Origin: a virus
Taxonomy: Duplodnaviria > Caudoviricetes
Reading direction: 5' to 3' (one strand)
DNA: 48,337 bases
IMG/VR virus record: IMGVR_UViG_3300025154_000149
Location: 1-48,337 of that record
The notes under the pieces were generated by a model. It worked only from the letters and a program-made list of their open reading frames with translations, did no database searches and was not told the DNA's origin. This document shows positions 17,876 to 26,297 of the stretch, one piece after another. The first letter of the stretch is position 1. Each line of letters opens with the position of its first letter. A program made the translations under genes and the position numbers.

Positions 17876-18824
17876 TTGATAATAGTTTTTTAATTAAATG
17901 ATTGGAATTGCAATGTTTCATCCACCCTTTATAAGATGCTATAGAAGCATTATTAGGATTCTTTTTCAACATTCGGGCAAAGTTTTGTTTAATACGTTTT
18001 CTTAGTAAAATGTGTGTATGGTAAATTCTATATCCGACAAAATCTATTCCGCGAGAAACTATAGGAAAAACCTGATAATTTTCTTTTATTATAAGTTTCA
18101 GGTTGCTTTTTAAATAGAATTTAATTTCTGCCAGAAGATTGTGTAAATATGCTTTTGAATGATGAAGTATAACAATATCATCAGCATATCTGAAGTAATA
18201 TTTTACTTGTTTGTTTTCTTTGATCCAGTGATCAAAGTAAGTAAGATAAAAGTTTGCTAAATGCTGACTTAAATAATTGCCTATAGGCAATCCATCTGCA
18301 CTATCTATTATTTCTTCAAGCAACCAAATTAAATCCGCATCTTTAAACTTACGTTTTAAAAGTTGCTTTAAAATATCATGATCTATGCTAGGATAGAACT
18401 TTACTATATCCAACTTTAAACAGTAAGTAGTTCCTTTAATATCTTTTAGCGATTTTTTAACATAATTAAGTGTTGCGTGTATTCCTTTTCCTTTTATACA
18501 ACTGTAAGAATCTGCAGTATAAACTGTAGTAAAAATTGGTTCTAAAATATTCATTATAGCATGATGGGTTATCCTATCAGGAAAATATGGCAACCTATAA
18601 ACTTCGCGTTCCTTAGGTTCATAAACCTTAAATATTTCGTAATCAGAAGTTTTATAAGTTCTATTTTTTAGCATTTTATGAAGTAATATCAAATTAGATT
18701 TTTTGTTTCTGTTGTGTAGTTGCACACCATATTGTTTAGATTTTCCTTTTTGAGCTTTTTTGTCAGCTTCTTTAAGGTTTTCAATGCTTATTATTTTATT
18801 ATATAAATTTCCTATTCGTTTCAT
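17862..18824 (-). CDS. DGR reverse transcriptase
   Basis: YFRYADD catalytic motif, LPIGNYLSQ (DGR-type SQ), KLDIVKFYPSI, DFVGY; 320 aa with no maturase/endonuclease domain; adjacent TR. Confidence 0.95.
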   Translation of the reverse strand: MKRIGNLYNKIISIENLKEADKKAQKGKSKQYGVQLHNRNKKSNLILLHKMLKNRTYKTSDYEIFKVYEPKEREVYRLPYFPDRITHHAIMNILEPIFTTVYTADSYSCIKGKGIHATLNYVKKSLKDIKGTTYCLKLDIVKFYPSIDHDILKQLLKRKFKDADLIWLLEEIIDSADGLPIGNYLSQHLANFYLTYFDHWIKENKQVKYYFRYADDIVILHHSKAYLHNLLAEIKFYLKSNLKLIIKENYQVFPIVSRGIDFVGYRIYHTHILLRKRIKQNFARMLKKNPNNASIASYKGWMKHCNSNHLIKKLLSNASI

Positions 18825-18923
18825 GCCTTTGCTTTATAAAGTCGTTTTCCATTTCTGTACCAACGCCTTTGTTATGTTTGTTGTTTTTTGCCTTGTTGGC
18901 AAGGTCTGCGATGCTATATTTTT
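18825..18923 (-). ncRNA. DGR RNA 3' spacer between TR and RT
   Basis: 99-nt gap with hairpin TTGCC-AACAA-GGCAA (18888-18902); role inferred by analogy to the BPP-1 spacer. Confidence 0.5.
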
Positions 18924-18998
18924 GCATAGGTGAGAGCTGACATTCGAATTCGTATTCCAATTATCGTAGTCGTTATACCGAAAAGCTGAAGAGCTAGC
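18924..18998 (-). repeat. DGR template repeat (TR)
   Basis: Sense GCTAGCTCTTCAGCTTTTCGGTATAACGACTACGATAATTGGAATACGAATTCGAATGTCAGCTCTCACCTATGC; 20 adenines, mostly at codon positions 1-2. Confidence 0.95.
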
Positions 18999-19023
18999 CC
19001 AAAGCATCACACAACCTGTTTTT

Positions 19024-19413
19024 TTATAATAAATATTCGTTAAATAAGTCAATAAATTGATTGCCAATATATTCTGCTATTTCACTTGAATTAAAGCAAA
19101 GGCGAGAGCCGACAGACGAAACCGTAGCCCAATAAGCGCAGACGAGACACCGAAAAGCCGAAGAGCTAGCATCATAATCAAACCAGATTTCATACTTTCT
19201 TTCATTATAATTGCTAAAGTCAGGTGTCCATTCTTTACCATTATTTGCAAGTTTATTGGCTGCTCTTACTATTATAACAAGCTTTGCATGTGCAATCATA
19301 GAAGCCCTGTCCTTTTCAGGATAACATGAAAAATCAGGAATGACTTGTTTGGGATCTAATTCTAATACTTTACAAGCATCTTCAAACGTTTTTAATTCTT
19401 TGTACTTTTTCAT
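19024..19413 (-). CDS. DGR target protein 1 (129 aa)
   Basis: Contains VR1 ending in GSRLCF; paralogous to 19428-19895. Confidence 0.9.
   Translation of the reverse strand: MKKYKELKTFEDACKVLELDPKQVIPDFSCYPEKDRASMIAHAKLVIIVRAANKLANNGKEWTPDFSNYNERKYEIWFDYDASSSAFRCLVCAYWATVSSVGSRLCFNSSEIAEYIGNQFIDLFNEYLL
19096..19170 (-). repeat. DGR variable repeat VR1
   Basis: 75 nt aligned to TR, 17 mismatches, all at TR adenines. Confidence 0.95.
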
Positions 19414-19427
19414 TTTTTATAGATTAA

Positions 19428-19895
19428 TTAATTAATTAACATGAATTTTTTGTATAAATCAGTGAATTGCTCACCTGCAAACCTTGCCAGTTCAGAAGAT
19501 TTAAAGCAAAGGCGAGAGCCGACATCCGAACTCGAATTCCAATAATCGTAGCCGTCACACCGAAAAGCCGAAGAGCCCATTTTAAACCAGGGATAATATT
19601 TGTATTGATTATCATTATTCCAATCGGGTACCCATCCTTCATTGAGTGATTTACATAATAATTCAGCTATATATTGATGCTTTAAATGACCTGGTGCATT
19701 TTCAAACATTTTATCAATTTCTTTATGAGTAATGTTATTATCTTCCAATACATCGTCAATAGTCCTGATCCTATCAGTTACTTTTTTAATAAATACTTTT
19801 TCACCGAAAAGGTTTTCAAGTAGTTTTTTACCATTTGGTTTGGCGTTAAGATGTGCTTTTAAAGCATCTTCTTTTTTAATTTGTAGTGTTTCCAT
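19428..19895 (-). CDS. DGR target protein 2 (155 aa)
   Basis: Contains VR2; shares WxPD...KYxxWF and GSRLCFxSSExAx(Y/F)xGxQFxDL with target 1. Confidence 0.9.
   Translation of the reverse strand: METLQIKKEDALKAHLNAKPNGKKLLENLFGEKVFIKKVTDRIRTIDDVLEDNNITHKEIDKMFENAPGHLKHQYIAELLCKSLNEGWVPDWNNDNQYKYYPWFKMGSSAFRCDGYDYWNSSSDVGSRLCFKSSELARFAGEQFTDLYKKFMLIN
19506..19577 (-). repeat. DGR variable repeat VR2
   Basis: 72 nt aligned to TR, 12 mismatches, all at TR adenines. Confidence 0.95.
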
Positions 19896-19916
19896 CTTTG
19901 TGTTTATTAATGTTAA

Positions 19917-20099
19917 TTATTTTAAATGTTCAATAAGGTTATTAGATTTTGTATTTACTTTTTCCTGAATTGCACCTAGTATTGGCATGGCTCCTGTTGG
20001 CCTTATTCCCTTATCATAGTTTTTACAATTGACACATTTAACCGGGTTTGTCATGGTTAAAGAGTTTATATGTATGCAGCCTGTTGTTTGATATGGCAT
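19917..20099 (-). CDS. Small Cys-containing hypothetical protein
   Basis: 60 aa, CIH...CVNC; fills operon gap. Confidence 0.45.
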   Translation of the reverse strand: MPYQTTGCIHINSLTMTNPVKCVNCKNYDKGIRPTGAMPILGAIQEKVNTKSNNLIEHLK

Positions 20100-20106
20100 T
20101 TCATAA

Positions 20107-20415
20107 TTATTGGTTTTTAATCAAATAATTATTTTTGTTTTTGTCAATTTCAGTAAGAGTTTGGTCAAGTTCTGCATCACGATCGCGCAGGGTTCCTTCC
20201 ATGGCTTTAATGGTTTCTTCATTCATTTTTTCTTTAATTGAATTTGGTATGGCCTTTAAAAACTCAACCTTGGTTTTGCCTGTATCAATTACCACATTTA
20301 AAAGATTGCGTATTTCAATTGCTGTTTTCACATCAATTTGTTTTTCTTTTAGCTTATGTATTATGTCCATAGCCTCTTGTCTTACATCGGTAAGCGTTAT
20401 TCCTGTATTATTCAT
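20107..20415 (-). CDS. Hypothetical helical protein coupled to HNH gene
   Basis: 102 aa, overlaps HNH stop. Confidence 0.55.
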   Translation of the reverse strand: MNNTGITLTDVRQEAMDIIHKLKEKQIDVKTAIEIRNLLNVVIDTGKTKVEFLKAIPNSIKEKMNEETIKAMEGTLRDRDAELDQTLTEIDKNKNNYLIKNQ

Positions 20416-21190
20416 GGTTGTTTTTATTTATTTGTCGGCTTAATACGCCTTTTATTTGAATTAATTTACGTAATGGCTCAGGGTAGTTCTGGCATGTGTT
20501 GCGCTGCATTAATTCAGCGTTGCTAATCATTTCAAGATTATCGATAGTACAGTTCATTGTATCGCCGTTTTTAAATACTATATTATAACCACGAGGAATT
20601 TTGCCATTTTCTTGCTTCCAAACTACACGGCTTAACGTATCCCATTTTGCTTTTGAAATACGAATGTATTTTTGCATGGTACCTTTCTTGTCTTTTCTTA
20701 TTGTTATAGCTCCATCATAAAGAGTGTTTGCCGGAAGGTGACCTTTTGTAAAAAATGTGAGTTCAACTTTTTTACGTATTTCGGCAGGCATTTTTTTGCC
20801 TTTATTTTCAGGGGTATGCCCTTTTATAAACTGGGTTTGTTTGCCCCGGATATGGCCTTTGGTTAAAATTCCGCTTTGGGGACTTGCTAAAAATTCGGCT
20901 GATTTTTTTAAGCCAACAGTAGAAGCATAATTGTAAATAGTGTACATACTGAAACAAATAACTCTTGAAATATCAATTGTGCGGGTGTTGGCGTAATGCT
21001 TTTTAATGTACTTTTTTGCTTCCTCGCTCAATCTTCGTCGGTTTAAGTATTTAATGCCCATTGCCCGAGCTTTACTTTTAACCGAAGGATAACTTTTGCA
21101 TAAATACTGAGCTACGTATTTGGGACCCTTCCCGGGATAATAATTCCTTAAGAATTCAATGTCGTTTGTTGTCCAGTTATTTCTTGCCAT
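20408..21190 (-). CDS. HNH endonuclease-family protein with N-terminal DNA-binding repeats
   Basis: WKQENGKIPRGYNIVFKNGDTMNCTIDNLEMIS HNH-like core; two WT/LS-x4-(F/Y)(L/I)xxxY repeats; FxKGH repeats. Confidence 0.7.
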   Translation of the reverse strand: MARNNWTTNDIEFLRNYYPGKGPKYVAQYLCKSYPSVKSKARAMGIKYLNRRRLSEEAKKYIKKHYANTRTIDISRVICFSMYTIYNYASTVGLKKSAEFLASPQSGILTKGHIRGKQTQFIKGHTPENKGKKMPAEIRKKVELTFFTKGHLPANTLYDGAITIRKDKKGTMQKYIRISKAKWDTLSRVVWKQENGKIPRGYNIVFKNGDTMNCTIDNLEMISNAELMQRNTCQNYPEPLRKLIQIKGVLSRQINKNNHE

Positions 21191-21195
21191 AATAA

Positions 21196-21468
21196 TTACC
21201 TCACCAATTTTTCAACATACTCACAAAATTCTTTTTGCTCGGCGTCGAAGTTTACAGAAAACAGGTCAAACTCTTGTTCTACGCTTGTAGTGCCTATACA
21301 TACAACGACATAAAGGTTTTGACGCCCGCAGGCAACGGTAATTCCTGAATGATATTTAATTCCCGGATGTTCTTTGTGCAATTGATTTAAAAAGGCATTA
21401 ATGGTGGTTACTCTGCTTAGGGTGTCGATGGCAATTAATTGCTCATTGAAAGTTTCTGTTGTGTCCAT
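21196..21468 (-). CDS. Hypothetical protein
   Basis: 90-aa ORF in early operon. Confidence 0.5.
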   Translation of the reverse strand: MDTTETFNEQLIAIDTLSRVTTINAFLNQLHKEHPGIKYHSGITVACGRQNLYVVVCIGTTSVEQEFDLFSVNFDAEQKEFCEYVEKLVR

Positions 21469-21773
21469 GCTACTTGCGGATTAATAATTTGATTGCTTAA
21501 TTGCCTAGCTTGGTTAAATTGCTGTTGCCTGGCGTTGTAATCCCGGCTCTTTATGCCGGGTAAAAGGCTTTGTATTTTTTCTTCGTTACGAAGGAAATAC
21601 TTTGCCATTTGTACATTATTGGTATATGGGTACACTTCCATATATCGCTCAAGGTGCTCAATGTTTTTCAGCATCAGGAGCCGGTTCTTTCGGCTCTTGC
21701 CCTGCTTCATTAGCTTGCGCCGTTGGCGGATGGCTGACAGGATGAATGCTTTTATTTGCTGTGCGTGTTCCAT
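21435..21773 (-). CDS. Hypothetical protein
   Basis: 112-aa ORF in early operon. Confidence 0.5.
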   Translation of the reverse strand: MEHAQQIKAFILSAIRQRRKLMKQGKSRKNRLLMLKNIEHLERYMEVYPYTNNVQMAKYFLRNEEKIQSLLPGIKSRDYNARQQQFNQARQLSNQIINPQVAWTQQKLSMSN

Positions 21774-21835
21774 GGCTATAATCGGCTTGAATTAAGTGGT
21801 CGCAACATGTGGCCCCACATTTGGGGCATATGGCA

Positions 21836-22024
21836 CTATTCTTTAGCGTGTATGTTCTCATCCTCGCGAATAATCATTAAGTCAAGGTTATCGATATGGG
21901 TTTTTACTTCGTCCTGCTCTTGCTGGATGGTGTGCCCGTTGACGTTGGTTGCTCCGTTTTTTTCTTGTTCGAGCAGATAGTTGAAGTAGGCTACGTATGC
22001 CCGTTTGTCGCGTTTGTAATTCAT
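21836..22024 (-). CDS. Hypothetical protein
   Basis: 62-aa ORF. Confidence 0.45.
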   Translation of the reverse strand: MNYKRDKRAYVAYFNYLLEQEKNGATNVNGHTIQQEQDEVKTHIDNLDLMIIREDENIHAKE

Positions 22025-22139
22025 AATTAATTGGTTTTTATAGTGATGGGGAATAATTCATGAATAGGAAAAAGAGGGCCGTTGCCGACCAAGTTTCCAA
22101 TTGTCCGGGTGAATAATATGCTAAAGAGCCCTCTTTTTT

Positions 22140-22562
22140 TCATTGTTTAAGTTTAAGTTCAACTTTAATCATTTGTTCTTTATTGGTGTTATATATGCTA
22201 TCTATTCGGTAAAGAATTGAATTACCCAGGCGCAAAATAGTTTCATCATCAATTTTCTCATCACAAGTAATTATAACTGAAGGGATTTTTACAAAAACCG
22301 GATCGTCTAATTTTCTAATCTCAAACCAAACTGGGTAAACTACAATGCATGTCATTAAATCCTTATATGTAATTACATCGTCAATAATAATAAGTTTGGT
22401 TTCATGATTTAAAACGCGAAAAGGGCTTTTCTTAAATATTTTTTGTATTTCTCTACCCTGAATAAATGCCACACTTTCCGGACTATAATTCTTTGCCATT
22501 TCAAGCGCCATTTTTGATTTGCCTGACTTATTTTTACCTGTAATAATTACTGCTTTTTCCAT
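22140..22562 (-). CDS. Small P-loop NTPase
   Basis: GKNKSGKS Walker A, LIIIDD Walker B. Confidence 0.65.
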   Translation of the reverse strand: MEKAVIITGKNKSGKSKMALEMAKNYSPESVAFIQGREIQKIFKKSPFRVLNHETKLIIIDDVITYKDLMTCIVVYPVWFEIRKLDDPVFVKIPSVIITCDEKIDDETILRLGNSILYRIDSIYNTNKEQMIKVELKLKQ

Positions 22563-22567
22563 ACTGT

Positions 22568-22777
22568 TTAATTTAAGTTTACACGTTTTACAAATCGGCC
22601 ATTAATGCCGTACCATATAATGCCGCATTTTAGCACCACAAATCCTTCGGTGGTGTTTATGCCGGCAACTACCTCGGGCTCGCTTGAAATCATGCTGCAT
22701 TTAATTGTATCGCCTTCCTGTAGTTCGGCAATACTGCATTCTTTATAGTTGGTTTTTTCTTTCATTTCGCTCTTCAA
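22568..22777 (-). CDS. Hypothetical protein
   Basis: 69-aa ORF. Confidence 0.45.
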   Translation of the reverse strand: MKSEMKEKTNYKECSIAELQEGDTIKCSMISSEPEVVAGINTTEGFVVLKCGIIWYGINGRFVKRVNLN

Positions 22778-22860
22778 TTTTTATGTATATAATGCCGGCA
22801 GCAATTACCAGCAGAACAATTAAAACGCTTATGAGTTTTGCTTCCACGGTTAATTAGTTT

Positions 22861-23082
22861 TTAAATTAAAAGTCGTATTGGATATACTGCTATTTCAGCA
22901 GAAGGTGCGGCACACTCCTGAAGGTCTTTTTCAAAATCATTAAGGTTTTGATTTTTCTTAACGCCTAACCTGATGATGAATGCATGCACTGTAATTCCTT
23001 TGTCGGTTGTGCCTTCCCATATTCTTGCCGGGATGCCGTTTAGCTCAACTATTGTTGATGTTGATTCGATGGTGATTTTCAT
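22861..23082 (-). CDS. Hypothetical protein
   Basis: 73-aa ORF, 2 nt from upstream gene. Confidence 0.55.
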   Translation of the reverse strand: MKITIESTSTIVELNGIPARIWEGTTDKGITVHAFIIRLGVKKNQNLNDFEKDLQECAAPSAEIAVYPIRLLI

Positions 23083-23084
23083 AG

Positions 23085-23630
23085 TTATTTATTTATTAGT
23101 GCATTTTTATATGCGTAGTTAATTAAGCTTGCCAGGTTGTGGATGTTAAGTTTTTTGAATATTCTTTTCTTATGATTTTCAACCGTAAATGGAGATATAT
23201 AGAGCCTGTCACCTATTTCAGCAAAGTTGAATTCCTGTACCAATAATTTTGTAATTTCAATTTCGCGCTTTGTTAATTCAAGATTTAATTTAGGGTGGCA
23301 AATCACATTTTCGTCGTTACAGAACCCCCCGCGTAAAGGGCAACGAACATGTTCCAGGTTAAAATTCCAATCGTCGTCAATGTCAATAACATTGTCGTGA
23401 AGGCTACCATTGCATTTCCAGTGGCGAAGCACTTTACGGAAGTTTTTATCTGCACATTTTTCGTATAACTCGTTTAGCCTGGCAACTTCTTCAGGAAAAT
23501 CACGTTCAATAATTTCAAGGGTTTTTTCAATAAATTCAATTTCTACAGGCGAGAAATTAACATAAGTATCTTCTTTCAGATTATGAATTACGATGCTGGT
23601 TTGCGCTTCGTTAGCAAATAATTCAATCAT
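23085..23630 (-). CDS. LuxR/GerE-type HTH transcriptional regulator
   Basis: LTKREIEI...EIGDRLYISPFTVENHKKRIFKKL; Cys cluster CPLRGGFC. Confidence 0.85.
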   Translation of the reverse strand: MIELFANEAQTSIVIHNLKEDTYVNFSPVEIEFIEKTLEIIERDFPEEVARLNELYEKCADKNFRKVLRHWKCNGSLHDNVIDIDDDWNFNLEHVRCPLRGGFCNDENVICHPKLNLELTKREIEITKLLVQEFNFAEIGDRLYISPFTVENHKKRIFKKLNIHNLASLINYAYKNALINK

Positions 23631-23869
23631 TATGCAGTCGTTTTTTCAGGTTCAGGAAAAAGTGTTTCAATCGGCTCATTTCTGTAGTTGGCAATGATCT
23701 GCTTTTCAAGCGCATTAAAAGAATTGTTTGCCAATTTGTAGTAGAAAGTTGAAACCGGCATATTATCCAATAAGGTGCAATACTCTTTAATAAAATTTGC
23801 AACCTCCTTTTTCTTTTTTTCGTGTAGACTTTTAAAAGTCATTTTTTCCATTTGATTCGTTTTTTCCAT
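23630..23869 (-). CDS. Cro-like first gene of lytic early operon
   Basis: Divergent from CI-like gene; MPVSTFYYKL HTH-like; 79 aa. Confidence 0.55.
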   Translation of the reverse strand: MEKTNQMEKMTFKSLHEKKKKEVANFIKEYCTLLDNMPVSTFYYKLANNSFNALEKQIIANYRNEPIETLFPEPEKTTA

Positions 23870-23912
23870 TGATTATTTAGAATTTTATTCTTAATATTAG
23901 AATACGAATCTA

Positions 23913-23969
23913 ATGGAAGTATTCCGTAAAAACAAATTTTTTCCGTATTTATTATGGAATATTTCTGTA
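23913..23969. promoter_or_regulatory. Putative repressor operators of the genetic switch
   Basis: ATGGAAgtaTTCCGTA (23913-28), half-site TTCCGTA (23941-47), ATGGAAtatTTCTGTA (23954-69). Confidence 0.5.
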
Positions 23970-23981
23970 AATATATTGCAA

Positions 23982-24362
23982 ATGACAGTAAATGAGAGAT
24001 TTAAATTAATCAGAAATGAAACTGGATTTACTCAAGAAGTTTTTGGAGAAAGCATAGGTCTAAAGCAATCAAATATTACAGACATAGAGAGAGGGAAAGC
24101 ATTTCCTAACTTCAATATTATGGAAATAGTCCATAAAAAATTTAATGTAAATCTCAATTGGTTAATATGTGGAACAGGAAAAATGAAGATTGAAAATTCA
24201 AGTTTAGATGTTTTGGATGAATCGGGGAGTCAATATGGTAACCAGAATGATTTAATTGAATGTTTACAGGAAAACAGGCAGTTACAAAAAGAAATACGAA
24301 GTTTTATTGAAAACTGTACTTGTGATGCCGTAAAAATGGCTAAAAGCAAACAGGTTTCTTAA
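23982..24362 (+). CDS. CI-like XRE-family repressor
   Basis: MTVNERFKLIRNETGFTQEVFGESIGLKQSNITDIERG HTH, VNLNWLICGTGKM; no recognisable S24 peptidase domain. Confidence 0.85.
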   Translation: MTVNERFKLIRNETGFTQEVFGESIGLKQSNITDIERGKAFPNFNIMEIVHKKFNVNLNWLICGTGKMKIENSSLDVLDESGSQYGNQNDLIECLQENRQLQKEIRSFIENCTCDAVKMAKSKQVS

Positions 24363-24496
24363 AAATTAAGTATATACGGCCTGGCCTGTTAAGTGAAAAA
24401 CAGGTACAGCAATAAATTAGAAGAGATAATGAACAATGCTGTTGGTATAAAACGCATAAAACAGGAAATTATTTAACAACCTAATAATCGAATAAA

Positions 24497-24865
24497 ATGG
24501 AATATATATTAAATGAATTTGCCGCTATAATAAATTTTGTAATTGCATTAATAATTATTATCACATTTTTTGTTTTAGCCTACCGTATTAATGGCATTAA
24601 AAAAATATTAGAAACGTCGTTTTCAGATAGCACTCCTGAGGGATTGAAAAAATTGTCTGTAAAAGAAGAGTTTAAAGGCAATATTGATAAAGCAAGAGAT
24701 TATTTAATGGAAGCCTTATATTATGAGATTAAAAAATACATGATTGAATTTGAAAATGTAAAAGATTATCAAAAGTATAAAGACATTGAAAATATAATGA
24801 AAAAATATACCTTAAAAATGGATAAATACAAGGCACCGGTTCCTGAAATAAAGGATTTTTTTTAA
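24497..24865 (+). CDS. Membrane-anchored protein in lysogeny module (possible superinfection exclusion)
   Basis: Single N-terminal TM helix; between repressor and integrase. Confidence 0.55.
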   Translation: MEYILNEFAAIINFVIALIIIITFFVLAYRINGIKKILETSFSDSTPEGLKKLSVKEEFKGNIDKARDYLMEALYYEIKKYMIEFENVKDYQKYKDIENIMKKYTLKMDKYKAPVPEIKDFF

Positions 24866-24874
24866 GAACAGCAA

Positions 24875-25048
24875 CAGACACAAATAACCATAAAAACATT
24901 AACAGACAATTCAGACAAAATGTAAGTAATTGATAATTAATTGATAAAGATAAAATGTTGCGTCCCCTAATCTCCACAACTTCACGCAACTTAAACAAAT
25001 ACAGGTGGTTGCGAGTGTCTGAAAAAAATCAGACACGCTTTTCAGACA
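24875..25048. other. Putative attP site
   Basis: Core GTCCCCTAATCTCCAC (24962-77) resembling a tRNA-Ala/tmRNA 3' end; CAGACA repeats at 24875, 24903, 24912, 25016 (inverted), 25030, 25043. Confidence 0.65.
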
Positions 25049-25097
25049 AATTAGCGGTTTTTATAGTGTTGGGGAATGCTTCTAAAAATCGCGAATT

Positions 25098-26297
25098 ATG
25101 AGAAAAGTTATTTATGTTAAGCCTGAACTAAAAGATTGCTCCGGCGATCTTTCAAAAGCTTGGTATGTGGAATATTCATATCGAAATCCAAAAAATGACA
25201 GGCTGGGGCGTTTCCGTATATATAAAGGATTAAGTGATGTGGATGCTTCCTTAAGAAGGAAAAATGCAACCAAAATAATTAAGCTGTATAATGAAAAGCT
25301 TATAAACGGATGGTCGCCTTACGAGCCCGAAAACAAGGTTTTTGAAGATCAGTTAGAGTACCACAATATTGCCAGGATATACACCCGGAAGCGCATGAGC
25401 AACCAGTCGGTTAAAATTCATTTTTCAGCTTTCCTTGAAGAATGTAAATTGAAGATATCGCCAAAATCATACGAGAGCTATCAGAGTAAAATAAGGCTGT
25501 TTGCACAATATATTGAATTGCGCAAAAAAAACATGAACGACATTAGCGATTTGACAAACGATTTTGTAAAGTCTTTTTTTGCCTGGATAATTAAAGAGCG
25601 CAACCTTGATAAAATTACGGTGTTGAAGTACAAACAAAACCTGAATGCCCTGTTTAAATATTTGCTCTCGAAAAAGCTAATATTCGAAAATCCGGTTTAC
25701 AACATACCTATTCCGATAAAAAAAGTTGACAATAAAGCACAGGAATTCTTAATAGAGGACAGGCAGCAACTTCTTCAATTAATTAAAGCGGGAGATCCGC
25801 AGCTTTATCTTGCTTGTTTGTTTCAGTATTATTGTGCAACAAGGCCCGGAAGCGAGTTGCGATTGCTTAAAATTAAGCAGATAAACTTTAACGCCGGTGT
25901 GGTTTACATCCGGTCAACGGAAGCAAAAAACAACAATTCAAGAGTAATACAGTTGCCCGATAGCTTTAGTAACATCCTGAAAAAATACGGTATACACAAT
26001 TATAATAAGGAGTTTTATGTTTTTTCGAAGCTTGGTATTCCGGGACCAGAAGCACTGGGAAAAAATACATTGCGCAACCGGTTTAACCATTTTAGGGATT
26101 ACCTTGGATTAAGTAAGGATTATAAGTTTTATAGCTGGAAACATTCCGGAGCCGGGGCATTAGATGACATTAATATTCCGTTACGTGATATTCAAAAACA
26201 TCTTGGGCACTCAAGCCCTGGTTATACGGCTATATACCTCAATAGAAGAAGGGGGTTTAAGAATGAAAAGATAAGATATAATTTTCCGGATCCTTAG
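25098..26297 (+). CDS. int: Tyrosine integrase
   Basis: TRPGSEL (R), K, FYSWKH, LGHSS, TAIY catalytic motifs; N-terminal arm-binding region. Confidence 0.9.
   Translation: MRKVIYVKPELKDCSGDLSKAWYVEYSYRNPKNDRLGRFRIYKGLSDVDASLRRKNATKIIKLYNEKLINGWSPYEPENKVFEDQLEYHNIARIYTRKRMSNQSVKIHFSAFLEECKLKISPKSYESYQSKIRLFAQYIELRKKNMNDISDLTNDFVKSFFAWIIKERNLDKITVLKYKQNLNALFKYLLSKKLIFENPVYNIPIPIKKVDNKAQEFLIEDRQQLLQLIKAGDPQLYLACLFQYYCATRPGSELRLLKIKQINFNAGVVYIRSTEAKNNNSRVIQLPDSFSNILKKYGIHNYNKEFYVFSKLGIPGPEALGKNTLRNRFNHFRDYLGLSKDYKFYSWKHSGAGALDDINIPLRDIQKHLGHSSPGYTAIYLNRRRGFKNEKIRYNFPDP

Larger units (their letters stand above)
17579..19895 (-). mobile_element. Diversity-generating retroelement: target2-target1-TR-RT-accessory
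   Basis: RT plus TR and two VRs with adenine-only differences. Confidence 0.95.

Noticed and set aside
17862-18824. RT as group II intron, retron or Abi RT
   Set aside because: No maturase/endonuclease domain or retron VTG motif; the adenine-specific TR/VR pairs identify a DGR
18834-19067. 77-aa ORF between target 1 and RT
   Set aside because: It is the TR and spacer read in the VR frame (AFRYNDYDNWNTNSNVSSHLC) and overlaps target 1; most likely non-coding DGR RNA
24940-24985. Complete tRNA gene
   Set aside because: Only a 3' fragment is present; no GTTC T-loop, anticodon arm or D arm upstream
24729-24998. 89-aa minus-strand ORF
   Set aside because: Antisense to 24497-24865 and spans the attP repeats; likely spurious
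25098-26297. Integrase as the integron integrase for the cassette array
   Set aside because: Has phage-type N-terminal arm domain and an adjacent attP, no visible IntI-specific insertion, and lies ~12 kb from the array
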